IMG/VR virus record: IMGVR_UViG_3300012988_000016
Coordinates: 186,001 to 250,000 of that record
Reading direction: 5' to 3' (one strand)
DNA length: 64,000 nt
The notes under the pieces were generated by a model that saw nothing but the letters and a program-made list of their open reading frames with translations, was not told the DNA's origin and ran no database searches. The translations under genes were made by a program, and so were the position numbers. Below are positions 36,901 to 46,835 of this stretch, piece after piece; position 1 is the first letter of the stretch; every line of letters begins with the position of its first letter.

Positions 36901-37575
36901 GAGAACTTTGGTTGGCTCCCCCAACACTGGCATCAACTCAACCGATTCCGCCCACGTCTCTACTTTGCGCAAAAGCTTGGGATCTGAGCGCAGCTGTGTC
37001 TCGCCCTTGACCCCAAACAGTACCACTTGCTTGTAGGCATCGAAGTCCTCATCAGGGAAGCGGAAGCAGACCAGGTCGGTGAATTGGGTGGCAAGCGTCT
37101 TGGCCGATGCCTTGAGGGCATAGAACGGCACAACGAATACCAACACCCCACCCACCACCAAGGCGCTTTGGAAACGGTCTAGGAACCGTTGTTCGAGTCG
37201 GCCATGGACTGGGTCCAGATCATAGGGCGGATTCAGATACAGCAGGTCTCCAACAGGCTTCTCAAACGCAATCTGGAACGCATCCCCCTGTAGGGTGGCC
37301 ATCGGGCTACGCCAGTGACATCGCAGATCTTTGATCGTTTGCTCTAGCGTTTGGAAGCGGGTCTTCTCTAGTTCGCACGTGTAGACGGAGAGCGTCGACA
37401 ACGATCCAGCGAACGCCTGACGGGCCAAATCAGCAATCGCCCTACCCTCACCCGCACACGGATCCATGAGGACATACCCCGCATGATCAGCCGTATCCAA
37501 CAGACGGGCGATGTGTGAGATAATGTGTGGAGGAGTGGGGAAGTACCCTCCACTGGCAATCGCTTCGAGTCTCAT
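33901..37575 (-). CDS. N6-adenine methyltransferase-SF2 helicase fusion (DUF6094/DarB-like)
   Basis: GYFPTP, DPCAGEG and LYLNPPYD MTase motifs; GEIGSGKT Walker A, LLLDESHE Walker B, MTGS and FRQAVGRVDRVGQ helicase motif VI. Confidence 0.88.
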   Translation of the reverse strand: MRLEAIASGGYFPTPPHIISHIARLLDTADHAGYVLMDPCAGEGRAIADLARQAFAGSLSTLSVYTCELEKTRFQTLEQTIKDLRCHWRSPMATLQGDAFQIAFEKPVGDLLYLNPPYDLDPVHGRLEQRFLDRFQSALVVGGVLVFVVPFYALKASAKTLATQFTDLVCFRFPDEDFDAYKQVVLFGVKGETQLRSDPKLLRKVETWAESVELMPVLGEPTKVLFTPPQTGGYHVIDWRMRDFDRLGLMRKIRPWQQSARVGGLSAVPHIMPTLPLSELMFRTYQLATPPRPAHIAAGIASGLFNGRRVAPITQGLPDLLVKGVFDRDFVTVEEKTNKSGEVTSVTQVQQPKLVTTILDLKTKKYTTLTKLGKTSSLDVEQMSIEDLLEHYGPSLMQVMLQQCPVLYDPKRDADRVQLKPTARPLFSAQQHTAKALIMLLGGNQCKNRRFKNGKLLGEIGSGKTSVALAVSQTIAHRTLVICPPHLLASWRKETALNLPDAEVRVLADLQDLDDLSTVPADKQLIAIMSREAAKLGHGWASVEGSCPKCGAPLPKEDIVKKRLTCQHQGIVIKGRLGFEAEKLAVRLMSYSPDNHQVRTMLPSRHSQRILDQLQKVEPKPEWRFESEWVEALLPKVYSRLLKDPEDANLLKLFGRLMLADYNPERIARMVRQLAADSGESYALSDAARSLVMLLEQGSDLQLSFEQDDTFRNASWASLYSSTKQSWGYTCRLGKITWVDGKLQLDGLEPNSLTLAEAILRKLIVAGKVSSLPACEGRLYQAVPEPRRVALANHLAKYRPNFFDLLLLDESHEYSSDSSAQGMAAHRLTGLGIPSILMTGSAMNGYATSLYQNMWAVSPSFRQEFGRADKQRFVDRYGYRKRVLSDKDRETGEVVAFGAVSDRVQRNERTAGDAPGILPLFLFRHLLPIAVTLHKADLAIDIPPCRVEKHAVEASAELLGSYKDLLSALKQQIKKDQFQPDLSGKLFGQLSELPSYLDRSSADVGNNAEGMYEIRYPESVGGELVATGKQFPAEMLSAKEEKMLELLKAELAEGRNAMVFGWHTNLLQRISRLIEQHLGVKAPVLYADAVPPGKRQAWIEKQIVSKQARVLVANPQGISTGLNVLTYFSTEIWMENPQCSPHIFRQAVGRVDRVGQKLDTRIHFLVYMDSLQQQLYDLLMRKVEVAVSTDGLDNESMLAAAGVGTQHYSGMSIGRQLWALINEE

Positions 37576-37640
37576 GCTGTTTTCTTCTTGGGACTATTGG
37601 GAGGTGAATCTGTGAGTGGGTATTACTCGAAACCGTAGGT

Positions 37641-37976
37641 TCACTCGCGATTGTCGCTGCGGCAAGTATTGGGGTAACGGTGAGCGAGGACGAAACGGTG
37701 AATCGTGAACTCGGGAGTCTCTTGGTTCTTTTCCATCTGCTCCAAAAGACCGTCCAAACGAGGAGAGTAGGTCATTCGGTATAGCGGAGATTGACGGAAC
37801 TCGACCAGGTCTTTGGCCATCGACATGAAAACGTCTTTGAAGACAATCTCATGACGGTTTAGTTCGGACTTCTTGGGGCGGGTACGCCGACATTCGTCCA
37901 CGTACATCGAAAGGGTGTGCTCAAGCAGCGTACGCAAATTCTGGAGCGTAAACAGATGATCGGTGAAAGTGAGCAT
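37641..37976 (-). CDS. Hypothetical protein
   Basis: 111-aa ORF. Confidence 0.55.
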   Translation of the reverse strand: MLTFTDHLFTLQNLRTLLEHTLSMYVDECRRTRPKKSELNRHEIVFKDVFMSMAKDLVEFRQSPLYRMTYSPRLDGLLEQMEKNQETPEFTIHRFVLAHRYPNTCRSDNRE

Positions 37977-38005
37977 GCTGATAGAACGGAAGCCGTTCCC
38001 AACAG

Positions 38006-38845
38006 TTAAGGCTGGACCGATATATTTCGCCGCCCCTTCTTGGGTTCGGTCATTTCGAAGAACAACTCCACCTGCTCGGCTAGGAATTTCTCAAACGGCT
38101 CATGGGCCGATGAGAATGAGATCCCCAATGCAATCCCCGCATCTTCCAAGCCGTCAGCCCTACAAGCGTGTTTGGGGTTATGGCCCCAATCTTCACGATA
38201 GCTGGGGTGATATCTCAAATTCCCCTCGATGATCCGGCTAGCCAGACCAGATTCGAGCGCGGCCAACAAGAGCTGCATGTAGAATCGATTGTCGGCCAGC
38301 AGGGGGCAACGGGTGCGACGATCCAGATAGGCGGCAAACAGGTAGGCGGACGGAGCATAGAGTTTGAGTGCCGCCTCATCAAGTGGATGTTTGAACCGCT
38401 TGGCGTGTTGGAGCATCGGCCGGTCATCGATCTGTTGAGCCTGGGCCCAATCGCGAGGGACCAGCATCATGAATCGAATGGCGGTCGGGTCTACCATCCC
38501 AGGGTCAAGCCGGAACAACTCTGGATGGTACAAGGTGGCGATGCTGCCTTCTGGCTCACGCTGCCAAGCCGTATAGAAGTTGTCGGATTTGAGGAATTCC
38601 AACCGTTCTCCAGCATTGGATCGACGGTAGCCGCCTTTGGCCGGTTCAGCCTTGCGACCCAACCTCAGATTGGTGACAAATGGCCTGAGCTCACTCTCAG
38701 TGCCGCAAAACATCGCCCACACGGGACGTATTTCGTTACCACCGCCCCCACTTTCCCACAAGCCGTTCGCCACCACAGCAGCGATGCAATAACCAGAGAA
38801 AGAGCGTCCTTTTTTGCCCTCTTTGGGCTCGATTGTGTAATCCAT
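38006..38845 (-). CDS. Conserved hypothetical protein upstream of MTase-helicase
   Basis: 279 aa; PVWAMFCGTESELRPFVTNLRLGRKA. Confidence 0.65.
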   Translation of the reverse strand: MDYTIEPKEGKKGRSFSGYCIAAVVANGLWESGGGGNEIRPVWAMFCGTESELRPFVTNLRLGRKAEPAKGGYRRSNAGERLEFLKSDNFYTAWQREPEGSIATLYHPELFRLDPGMVDPTAIRFMMLVPRDWAQAQQIDDRPMLQHAKRFKHPLDEAALKLYAPSAYLFAAYLDRRTRCPLLADNRFYMQLLLAALESGLASRIIEGNLRYHPSYREDWGHNPKHACRADGLEDAGIALGISFSSAHEPFEKFLAEQVELFFEMTEPKKGRRNISVQP

Positions 38846-38920
38846 TGACTATGCCACAGTATTTGAACCCCTGTGTAGGTGTTGAGCTATATAACGGTCC
38901 GTCCGTCAAAAGGTTAAGGG

Positions 38921-39079
38921 TTAACCTTTGAGGTAATCCTCCTCTTCACTACACCACTCTTCTAGGCGTTGCCTGGTTTCTCGGGACACTTTCTTTCCCA
39001 ACACATCCAGGCCGGCCCGCAAGACCTCAATCACTTCATCTAGGTGTTCTTCAGGAACAGCCAGAACTTCGGTCGCCAT
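38921..39079 (-). CDS. Small hypothetical protein (52 aa)
   Basis: MATEVLAVPEEHLDEVIEVLRAGL...; 8 nt after a GGTGTA motif. Confidence 0.55.
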   Translation of the reverse strand: MATEVLAVPEEHLDEVIEVLRAGLDVLGKKVSRETRQRLEEWCSEEEDYLKG

Positions 39080-39087
39080 GCGGAGCT

Positions 39088-39103
39088 TACACCAATCGGT
39101 GTA
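39088..39103. promoter_or_regulatory. Back-to-back GGTGTA motif pair
   Basis: TACACC-AATC-GGTGTA between divergent starts 39079 and 39114. Confidence 0.65.
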
Positions 39104-39113
39104 CTGGAGTGGT

Positions 39114-39587
39114 ATGAAGCACGCAATCGAAACCCTCCGCCGTGAGGCTATGGCGCTCTACAGGGCGTTGCCTGGCGAGGGTTGGGCAGACACTAGAGAG
39201 CTACGAGAGTCGATGCTGCAGTCGATTGCTCAGCACTACGAGGCCGCCACCATCCTGGAATCTAAAGTCATAGCTTCGAGCCAGGAAACATTGACGCTAG
39301 ATATAGGTACCTTCTTAGGACTGAAGCGGCGAGATCCCTACCAAGACGTTGAGGCCTACTACGAGGGGCAGGACGCCTTGGCTAGACACAAAGATCCTGA
39401 GGTGACAGGTCCGATATGCAACTGTGGGGAATATTTCCGCCAAGATAGGCGCCACATGCCTGACTGTCCGATGCTACCTCGGACTCCTGACGGCCGCATC
39501 AACAACTGTTCGCTGGCCAACCACGACCTTGAAGCCAACTGTCAGATGTGTGATGGAAAGTGCCCTGATCGGGCTAATTTGCCATGA
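39114..39587 (+). CDS. Hypothetical protein with Cys/His-rich C-terminus
   Basis: CNC...H..DC...C...H...C..C...C. Confidence 0.6.
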   Translation: MKHAIETLRREAMALYRALPGEGWADTRELRESMLQSIAQHYEAATILESKVIASSQETLTLDIGTFLGLKRRDPYQDVEAYYEGQDALARHKDPEVTGPICNCGEYFRQDRRHMPDCPMLPRTPDGRINNCSLANHDLEANCQMCDGKCPDRANLP

Positions 39588-39835
39588 ATGCCGTTTTGGA
39601 GCAACTCATAGGAGAGCGGGACCCAATGGAAAACGTCTACGTTTGCTACAACGTTTTCGGCATGAGTAGAAGAGATGGCCCCTATACGTGGGAGCAAGCG
39701 CTGCGGGAGATGCAGGACATCTCCACCTACCTGGGTGTGTCGGATTGTACCTTCTTGATCGAAGGTCCTCAGGTGAAGCAAAATACCATCCACATTCCAA
39801 CCTTTGCCCAGCGGTTGGACGAACCGTTTATCTGA
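39584..39835 (+). CDS. Hypothetical protein with shared C-terminal motif
   Basis: Ends IPTFAQRLDEPFI. Confidence 0.6.
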   Translation: MNAVLEQLIGERDPMENVYVCYNVFGMSRRDGPYTWEQALREMQDISTYLGVSDCTFLIEGPQVKQNTIHIPTFAQRLDEPFI

Positions 39836-39996
39836 AATAGCCCATGAAAAAGCAAGAATTCAACATCAAGCCGCTGGTGGCGGCCGTGTTCAGGAAGATA
39901 GCCGCCAAGCTACCGGCTGGCCGGATCGTTGGGCCTAGAAAAAAGACTAGAGTCAAACGGGCTTAATCTTTGGTCCATGGATCCGTTCTAGCAGCC

Positions 39997-40356
39997 ATGG
40001 CCGACAAGCTAATAATTCACGCTGCAAACAACTACTTCTTCTACCTCCAATGGGAAGTCACATTGGAGGATGGAGAGATCGATCTGGGCGCAATCCTTTG
40101 TGAATCCGCCGATGATGGTCTGGGCGAACCGCCGGCCGATCGTGGCAATTGGGAACACTGGATCGCCTGTAAGACCGTTCGAGAGCTGGAAGGCGTGGTG
40201 ATCGACGATCGTGGTGCCGCTTTCGAGACTCAGGCTCAAGCCAAGAAGGCTCTACAGGCCGTCAAGTTCGCCTGGACTCAAGATCGACCGCTGCCGGAGT
40301 GGGCCAAGACGGCTCTTGCTGAGGGATGGAAGGCTCCGAAGGGGTGGAAAGCTTGA
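39997..40356 (+). CDS. Hypothetical protein
   Basis: Ends LPEWAKTALAEGWKAPKGWKA. Confidence 0.6.
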   Translation: MADKLIIHAANNYFFYLQWEVTLEDGEIDLGAILCESADDGLGEPPADRGNWEHWIACKTVRELEGVVIDDRGAAFETQAQAKKALQAVKFAWTQDRPLPEWAKTALAEGWKAPKGWKA

Positions 40357-42241
40357 ACAAATTCAGCTACATGGAAAGCGTCAATGCCACCGGCACCAGT
40401 AGGTGGCATATCCGTCAGATCCCCAACGGTGAAAATCGAAAGCTAGGGGGAGGGATCACCACCCCCAGTCTCTGTGAACGAATCCAAAAGGGCTGGGATC
40501 TGAAAACAGAGGTCACCCAAGTCTTTGACCCATTCACCTGCAAAGAGTGTTTGGCTCAGTACCTTTCGCACACAGAAAAGCCATCTTCCACTTAACTCTT
40601 CCCACCCCCATCCGTTCTATCCTGCATGACCAACCTCACCCTGCACCCCCTCCTCAATCGTGCCGTCACCATCACCAAGGGCTGCGATGGTTTGCAGCTC
40701 CGCAAGAACCAAAAGGCCATCGTGATGGGCATCACCATGTTGGGTGCTGAGTACAGTCATCAGGTCAAAGTGACCCTCAATCTGGGCGGGCGTCAAACCA
40801 GCCTGTACGCTCGGCACATCAATCGTCTGTCCGACCCCACCTTCAACCTCAATAACGGCAATCCGCTCAAGCGGGTCACCATTCGGGCCTGATGGCACGG
40901 GCTAGAACTCTCCAACATCCAAAAGACTGGGTCTATGATCCAGTCTTTGACCTCCGTTGGCTCAAGCTAGTGTCCAACCTCTGGTTCCGTCGATTTCCGG
41001 TCAAGGTGATCCTCAAAGCAACCGGTGAAGAGGTTTGGATACTGGGCTGGCGTCGAGATTGGTTCGGGCCGACATTGCGGCTCAAGTTCTCCGACGGCTC
41101 AATCGGTCACGGATACGACCCTGCCACCATCCGACTCCCCCGACTCTCATGAAGCATTACAAGCAAATGTTGGCCGATAGAGACGCGGCCACCAAACGAG
41201 CCTTGGAAGCTCTTGAAACAACTCTTCAAGAGTGTCGAGCTATTTTGGACCAGACCCACCGGCAACTGGGACACCAACAATTGTTGGTAAACGATTGGTA
41301 TCCAGAACTGGGCTACGAATGGTGGCCAGCCATTAACCCCACGACCAATCGGCCGTAAGGAACAGGCATGCACCTAAATACCATGATCGAAGAAATGACC
41401 CAAGATCTCAAGGGTCTTCGTTTCGCCTTTCCGGTTCGATGCACTATCGATACCCCCAATCCAGAAGACGCTCTAGACGATACGGTTCTTCATGCGACCT
41501 TTCGGATGGGGGAACGGATCCTAGCTGGCCTGGAAGTCATCAAGCAGGATGCCATTCAGCCGATCGATGTTGAGAAGGGTGTGACCCTCAAGGTCGTATT
41601 CTACGGCACCTGTGAGACCGTGATCATCAGTGAGGCTCGCATCGCACATCATGTGGTGGGGTTGGTGCTGGAAGTGGCCGGCTTCTTCGAAGTAGCGGTT
41701 CACGGCCGAGTTTTCGAATCATGACCTTCGCCGAGTGGAAGACCGCCTGTATCCAGGAAGTCAGGGATCACGGCCTCAGCTTCGATGACTTGTGGGATGA
41801 CGATGACCCCTACGAGCTCTTTGAAGTGGCGGAACCGATGTTCAAGAACGGGGTTAGCCCTGCTGAGTTCATCGAAGAAGTGTTCGAGGAAGATCTGGCC
41901 CATCTGGCCGGCGTCGAACAAGAACAGGAAGATTCCTTGGAAGGGGAATTCGAATTTGAGGAGGAAGACTGATGCCTCTTTACGGTCAGTACGGCGGCAA
42001 GCTCAAGATCCTCAGAGTAGCGACGGTCGAGGATTTCAGACATCTCGAAGGGGTGGACCCGATCGAAAAGGATCGCCTAAATATCGAAGCCGGCCTATAC
42101 GTGGTGATCGAATTCGACGGAAGTGCTGGCAGGGAATGCATGTATCCGAAGTCTCAGATACGGATCAAAGGGGATCCGACTGAAGTGGATCAGACCCTTC
42201 AAGCATTGAAGCGGCCTGTTCAAGGGCAGCCGAGCATCTAG
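40326..42241 (+). other. Run of about 7 small overlapping hypothetical genes (40326, 40626, 40892, ~41149, 41388, 41721, 41972)
   Basis: Coupled stop/start overlaps on the plus strand, typical of phage accessory operons; no recognisable domains. Confidence 0.55.
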
Positions 42242-42463
42242 CGTCCTCAATAGCGCAGATTTGATCTATGACACTAGATTGACGGCGTTCCATACCTGGC
42301 ACTCCAGGGAAGTACCAATGGGTCAGGAGGAGGCCGATTGTTTTACCATCGGAGAACCGGACTTCTGCCAAGTCAGATCTGGTCTGGCTTATCCGAACTT
42401 CACAAGGTGTTCCGGCCTCATAGATCAAGTGCTTGACCCGTGTCATGTAAGGATACCAACTGC

Positions 42464-43054
42464 TCATGCAGACCTCTCAGGTAGCAGCTCCTCAGCTCCC
42501 GCTATCCTGTACGCCACAGCCGTATTGTTGCCTCTAACTGCCGCTCCCATCGGATACGGGGAGAGGCCTCCTGGGGTAGAGATCAGTAGGCTATGGTGAT
42601 CATCGAATACGCCAATCACTTGATCGAAAGGAACGTACTTGGATAGGTAAACCGGACGATCAATGAATTTGGCCCAGTATCTCAGATTACTGGGAAGCGT
42701 GTATGCCCAGCACTTGGCCATAAAATGGTGTTCAACTGCATCTTGAACCGCTTCTAACAGGAGAGGGTTGAGAACAACGGCCACGGAGCTTTTTAGCTTC
42801 CTCCCGATCAACCCTAGACGATGGGTGGTAGGCTTTCCTGCCGCTCGAACCAAAAGTTTGGCCAACCCCTCTTGAACTTCCGACTCATCTCTGATGTCGT
42901 ATGTGATCATGATGCGGTATGAAGGCCCCGGGCATTTGCGAGTGGGCTCTATACCCCCTGCCCTCAGGACCAACCCTTGTTCTTCTGTATCGTACAACCC
43001 CGCATGATGGAAGTGGTCCGTCAGGAACAGGCCACGTAGGTCATAGTGAAACAC
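42464..43054 (-). CDS. Hypothetical protein
   Basis: 196 aa; GGTGTA 9 nt upstream (43064-43069, minus strand). Confidence 0.6.
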   Translation of the reverse strand: MFHYDLRGLFLTDHFHHAGLYDTEEQGLVLRAGGIEPTRKCPGPSYRIMITYDIRDESEVQEGLAKLLVRAAGKPTTHRLGLIGRKLKSSVAVVLNPLLLEAVQDAVEHHFMAKCWAYTLPSNLRYWAKFIDRPVYLSKYVPFDQVIGVFDDHHSLLISTPGGLSPYPMGAAVRGNNTAVAYRIAGAEELLPERSA

Positions 43055-43071
43055 TTAGGTCAATACACCGT

Positions 43072-43593
43072 TCAGGTGTGGATGACGTGGAAAGGGGCTC
43101 TGACACAATTGGTATGGTGCTCTGCCGCTTTCAAGGCGCTGAGGATGCGTTTCCTGGGGGACGAATACCCTTTCCGCTTCTCTGATTCGAATAACGAGCC
43201 ATTGGCTGCGTCGGCCGTCCCAATAGCGTAATAGTTGTTCCTGATCCGCCAAGGGATCCCGTCCCCCTCAGCCAAGTAGAGGGTTCCGCCTATGCCGATC
43301 AAGCAAGCCACCTCACCCACATCTTCCTTAGGTACAGATTTTTCAATGGCAGCCTTGAGGACATCGGTCAAATAGGACTTGACCCATCTATTTAGATCCG
43401 TCCCAGGAGGGTCTAGCTCTAGACGTTGCCACATCGACTCCCATGGGGTGGTGCCGCAACAACCCACAATGAGGGGTCCACATCTAAACACCTTGGGCTC
43501 CGCTTGAGTAAGAACCGCATCCTCAATCGTCACTGCCGAATCCCCACCCATCCAAACTCGGCCAGGCTCAACAATCGCAGCGATGCATGTCAT
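43072..43593 (-). CDS. HslV/ClpQ-like Ntn-hydrolase (proteasome-type peptidase)
   Basis: N-terminal M-T-CIAA, MGGDSAVT, PKVF, YAIGT and ALKAAEHH...VRAPF. Confidence 0.75.
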   Translation of the reverse strand: MTCIAAIVEPGRVWMGGDSAVTIEDAVLTQAEPKVFRCGPLIVGCCGTTPWESMWQRLELDPPGTDLNRWVKSYLTDVLKAAIEKSVPKEDVGEVACLIGIGGTLYLAEGDGIPWRIRNNYYAIGTADAANGSLFESEKRKGYSSPRKRILSALKAAEHHTNCVRAPFHVIHT

Positions 43594-43703
43594 GGGGAAC
43601 CTCCAATAGCTGGCCTTTCACAAGAGCAAAACGACATCCCCAATCTTGGTGTACTTTAAGGCTTGGATCCACTCGCTGGTTTGATTAAAGTATAGGTGTA
43701 AAA

Positions 43704-44189
43704 ATGTCCCACATCCATCCTCTGCTGATCATCTATGTTGTTCTGGCGTTGGGGGCGGTATCTTGCTTCTATGCTGCAGACAGACTGTTCTTCCACGGCT
43801 TCTTTGGACCCAAGGTGAAGGTCCCTAAGAATGTGGGTCGGAAGCACTACAGCGACCTACGTATCGTCTTTCCAAGAGCGGTGTTAGACGCCAATACATT
43901 CACCCAGATGCGTCTCAGACGGGCCCGAGCAGATGTCAGAGCTCCTTCGGAAGCTCAAGAACAATGGCGACTACAGTACTCTACCGTTCCGACACAATTT
44001 GCAGTGCGGACTGGACAAGAAATTCATGACGCCATCCAGACTATGTTGGCGGCTGAGTTGGGTACGGATCAACATAGTCTGCAGACCAACCCTTCGAATC
44101 CAGAAGTGAAGGTAAAAGAACCTCCCGAACCTCCCAAATCCAAGCGTTCGGCCGACCACTTGTTGGACAATGATTGGAAGATCAAGTGA
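43704..44189 (+). CDS. Membrane-anchored hypothetical protein with shared C-terminal motif
   Basis: N-terminal TM segment; ends PPKSKRSADHLLDND. Confidence 0.6.
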   Translation: MSHIHPLLIIYVVLALGAVSCFYAADRLFFHGFFGPKVKVPKNVGRKHYSDLRIVFPRAVLDANTFTQMRLRRARADVRAPSEAQEQWRLQYSTVPTQFAVRTGQEIHDAIQTMLAAELGTDQHSLQTNPSNPEVKVKEPPEPPKSKRSADHLLDNDWKIK

Positions 44190-44677
44190 CACAAGAGAAG
44201 GTTGAGCGGCCCACTTACTTTAGCCTAGAGGTATCGACTGAGGTGGCGGCAGAGGTGTGGCGTTCCCTGAAGGATTGCGTTGATGTTAGTGAAAAAGAGC
44301 AATTCCTCGATAGTTTGGCCCACATTCTCAGCTCTAAGCTGGAAGACGCTTTCGAGATTGGGGTCCTGTTGGCTAGACACAATTTCTATGTTGACGAAAA
44401 CCTGATCGTGGGCTTGGTCAATGCCGACATTTACCACACTAGGAAGAGAGTACTGTCGTGCATGTTGAGCTGGTGGGTCCACTACCACGCTCCAAAGCCT
44501 ACCCTATCGGTAGGGACATGCGTGATCTACAAGGGAGATGTCAGGGTTGTGGATCGCTACGACCTAATTCGAAATCAGAACCAAATCGTATCGATCGACT
44601 ATGATCGAGCCGTCTATGTGTGTAGTGACGGGCGTCAACTGCTTTGGGAAGACACCAGTTATCTGGTGGTTGGCTGA
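44174..44677 (+). CDS. Hypothetical protein
   Basis: 167-aa ORF. Confidence 0.55.
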   Translation: MEDQVTQEKVERPTYFSLEVSTEVAAEVWRSLKDCVDVSEKEQFLDSLAHILSSKLEDAFEIGVLLARHNFYVDENLIVGLVNADIYHTRKRVLSCMLSWWVHYHAPKPTLSVGTCVIYKGDVRVVDRYDLIRNQNQIVSIDYDRAVYVCSDGRQLLWEDTSYLVVG

Positions 44678-45048
44678 CCGATAGGGTCTTCCGTCAGATG
44701 ATCCCAAGCAGACCTAGGCTCAGTTGTTGGTCCGGCGATTGGAACCAATCTTGAGACCTGTAGTTGTGGGGGAGGCACGAATGGCATCCACATCCCTCTA
44801 GAGTTATCGCAGCTCAACGGTCTGAGAGGGGAGGTTGGACTGTAGATAGGTACGACTCGGCCAAAGCTAACAGCTATTGCGGTAGCACTAACCTGCATAT
44901 TGGTGAAAGAGGGGTAGGACCCCTCTTGATGGATCTGAGCCAAATGGTCCGTCAGGCTCAGAAAGGCGGCCGTCAGCCTAGTGACACTGTCGGTCAACTC
45001 CGACACCTGGGCTTCCAATACCCTGATCCGTTCTTCTTCGTGGGGCAT
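44659..45048 (-). CDS. Hypothetical protein with shared C-terminal motif
   Basis: Start moved to ATG 45048 (overlaps upstream stop); ends EPRSAWDHLTED. Confidence 0.6.
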   Translation of the reverse strand: MPHEEERIRVLEAQVSELTDSVTRLTAAFLSLTDHLAQIHQEGSYPSFTNMQVSATAIAVSFGRVVPIYSPTSPLRPLSCDNSRGMWMPFVPPPQLQVSRLVPIAGPTTEPRSAWDHLTEDPIGQPTTR

Positions 45049-45566
45049 CAGTCGTCCAAGAAACGGTCCAGCAGTTGCTTGAAAATAGACGGTTTGGAAG
45101 CTAGGCGCTTCTGTTCTTTGGCTTCCCTTAGGCGAACCCGCTTCTCGGTCTTCTCTATCTGTTGCTTGACTGCTGAGGGGTTGACGTGAGGGTCCACTCG
45201 CCAGAGTTTCCAAGCTGATTCGATCTGCACCAATACAAAGCTATCGGTCTGCATTTGACTCAGCTTCTTGAGACTCGTATGATGCAATGTTTGCCCTTGT
45301 CGAGGGTGTGGGCTATCCACCAATCGACGCTTGTACCAATAACTAGAGGAAGCGTCTAATGCGATGCTGAATTGATAGCTAGGCTCGGGTCTAAACCTCT
45401 TCCGGAAGTTAGGCCTATAGGGTTCTATCACCAAAAAGCCTTTTTCGAAGCTATCGATCAAGTGTCGAGGGATCTCCAAAACCAGCGTCTCCGAATCACG
45501 CTCAATAACGGTTCGAGGAGCTCCATATTCTGGCGGAGCTTTGGAGAGTGGGATCAGGTAGGACAT
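45048..45566 (-). CDS. Hypothetical protein
   Basis: Ends KPSIFKQLLDRFLDD. Confidence 0.6.
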   Translation of the reverse strand: MSYLIPLSKAPPEYGAPRTVIERDSETLVLEIPRHLIDSFEKGFLVIEPYRPNFRKRFRPEPSYQFSIALDASSSYWYKRRLVDSPHPRQGQTLHHTSLKKLSQMQTDSFVLVQIESAWKLWRVDPHVNPSAVKQQIEKTEKRVRLREAKEQKRLASKPSIFKQLLDRFLDD

Positions 45567-45774
45567 TTGGCTTTCTTGGCCCCCTCGGCCATCATCACCA
45601 AAGCGGCCTCTTCATACTGTTGACGCCGCTTTTCGGGCAGTTCTGGCCACCAATCGAAAGGATTGGGGCCGTCCGGTTGGACGTATTTGCCGTAGTTTAG
45701 TTCAATCCAGAGTTGGTGGCCAGGGGTCATGCTGACAATACACCAATCAAGAGGAGTTTTGTGGTGTATCTCCT

Positions 45775-46068
45775 ATGATGTTGCAAGTAGGTCAGCGGAT
45801 CGTCGATGGGTCAGAAGAATGGGTTGTGACGGAACTACTGAATCAGAAGAACCATACACCTAGGGTTAGGATCTTGGTCGAAAAAGCAGGTGAACATATG
45901 GCGACCTACTTGACCGTAGGGAAATCATATGTTCTTCGTCGAGGAATGCAGCTGGGAGATGAGGAACACCACGTTTGGGTCGTTCCAGCCAAGCAATGCA
46001 AGAGGACTAGCTCCCAGGTGATCTTGTACGACTTTAAGAGCGGGCCAGGTATTGAGATCGACTCCTAG
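45775..46068 (+). CDS. Hypothetical protein
   Basis: GGTGTA at 45763-45768. Confidence 0.6.
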   Translation: MMLQVGQRIVDGSEEWVVTELLNQKNHTPRVRILVEKAGEHMATYLTVGKSYVLRRGMQLGDEEHHVWVVPAKQCKRTSSQVILYDFKSGPGIEIDS

Positions 46069-46095
46069 CAGGCATGATGCTATATAGGGTATCCA

Positions 46096-46347
46096 ATGGC
46101 TTTTTGCGATTTCTGTGAATGCCCTGCCTGTCAGAATGGGCATGAAATGCTGACCCACGCCCAAACCGAAGCCGGAACCTGGATCTGCGAAGTCTGTTAC
46201 GACTACGAGGTCTGTATGACGGCTCAGAAGAAGGCAACGGGCCGACACAACGGCCCCTGTGAGACCGCGTGCGATCATCGGCCCAAGATCACGTCTCCGT
46301 GGATCCTGTGGGTTGACCCCAACGCGCCCGCTACCCCACCATGTTGA
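46096..46347 (+). CDS. Small Cys-rich protein
   Basis: CDFCECPAC...H...WICEVC. Confidence 0.55.
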   Translation: MAFCDFCECPACQNGHEMLTHAQTEAGTWICEVCYDYEVCMTAQKKATGRHNGPCETACDHRPKITSPWILWVDPNAPATPPC

Positions 46348-46835
46348 CCCCCAAATTCCTCAAGCGGGCTTATGACCGTCTGCTTCGGCAGGATCAACTA
46401 GACAAGGATCCACCATCGCCAGTCAATCTAATGGATTCTCCTGTCAAGGCATTGGTACCTCCAGGATGGGTAGTCTACATCTCCGAACCCGAATACATAG
46501 GGACGTTGCCAATTCAACAACACATCCACGTAGGAACCATTGACGAAATTCAGCCTAGAATCGGAACGTCATTGGGAGAGCGGGAGTTCCAGGAACATGG
46601 CAGTATTGCTCTAAGGATTCCGACTTCTACATTCAACGAAGCCGACAACACCATCGACGGCACCTGGACCCTAGCCGTCAAGGGGACGGTTCTTGTCCGA
46701 GCCAAGCGAGGAGGGTTCTACTGGACCTCCCTGGAGAAGAGGCGAGACACTTGGTTCGTCCGTTGTGGCAGATCAAAGCTTGATGTCACCTTCTGTGATG
46801 TCCGGAAGCTGTGGGTCGTCCGAAAGTTGCCCTAA
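46341..46835 (+). CDS. Hypothetical protein
   Basis: 164-aa ORF. Confidence 0.55.
   Translation: MLTPKFLKRAYDRLLRQDQLDKDPPSPVNLMDSPVKALVPPGWVVYISEPEYIGTLPIQQHIHVGTIDEIQPRIGTSLGEREFQEHGSIALRIPTSTFNEADNTIDGTWTLAVKGTVLVRAKRGGFYWTSLEKRRDTWFVRCGRSKLDVTFCDVRKLWVVRKLP

Noticed and set aside
34087-37559. Multiple plus-strand ORFs (100-200 aa) opposite the MTase-helicase
   Set aside because: Antisense shadow ORFs of a long gene with clear motifs. The same applies to many overlapping ORFs elsewhere in the track.
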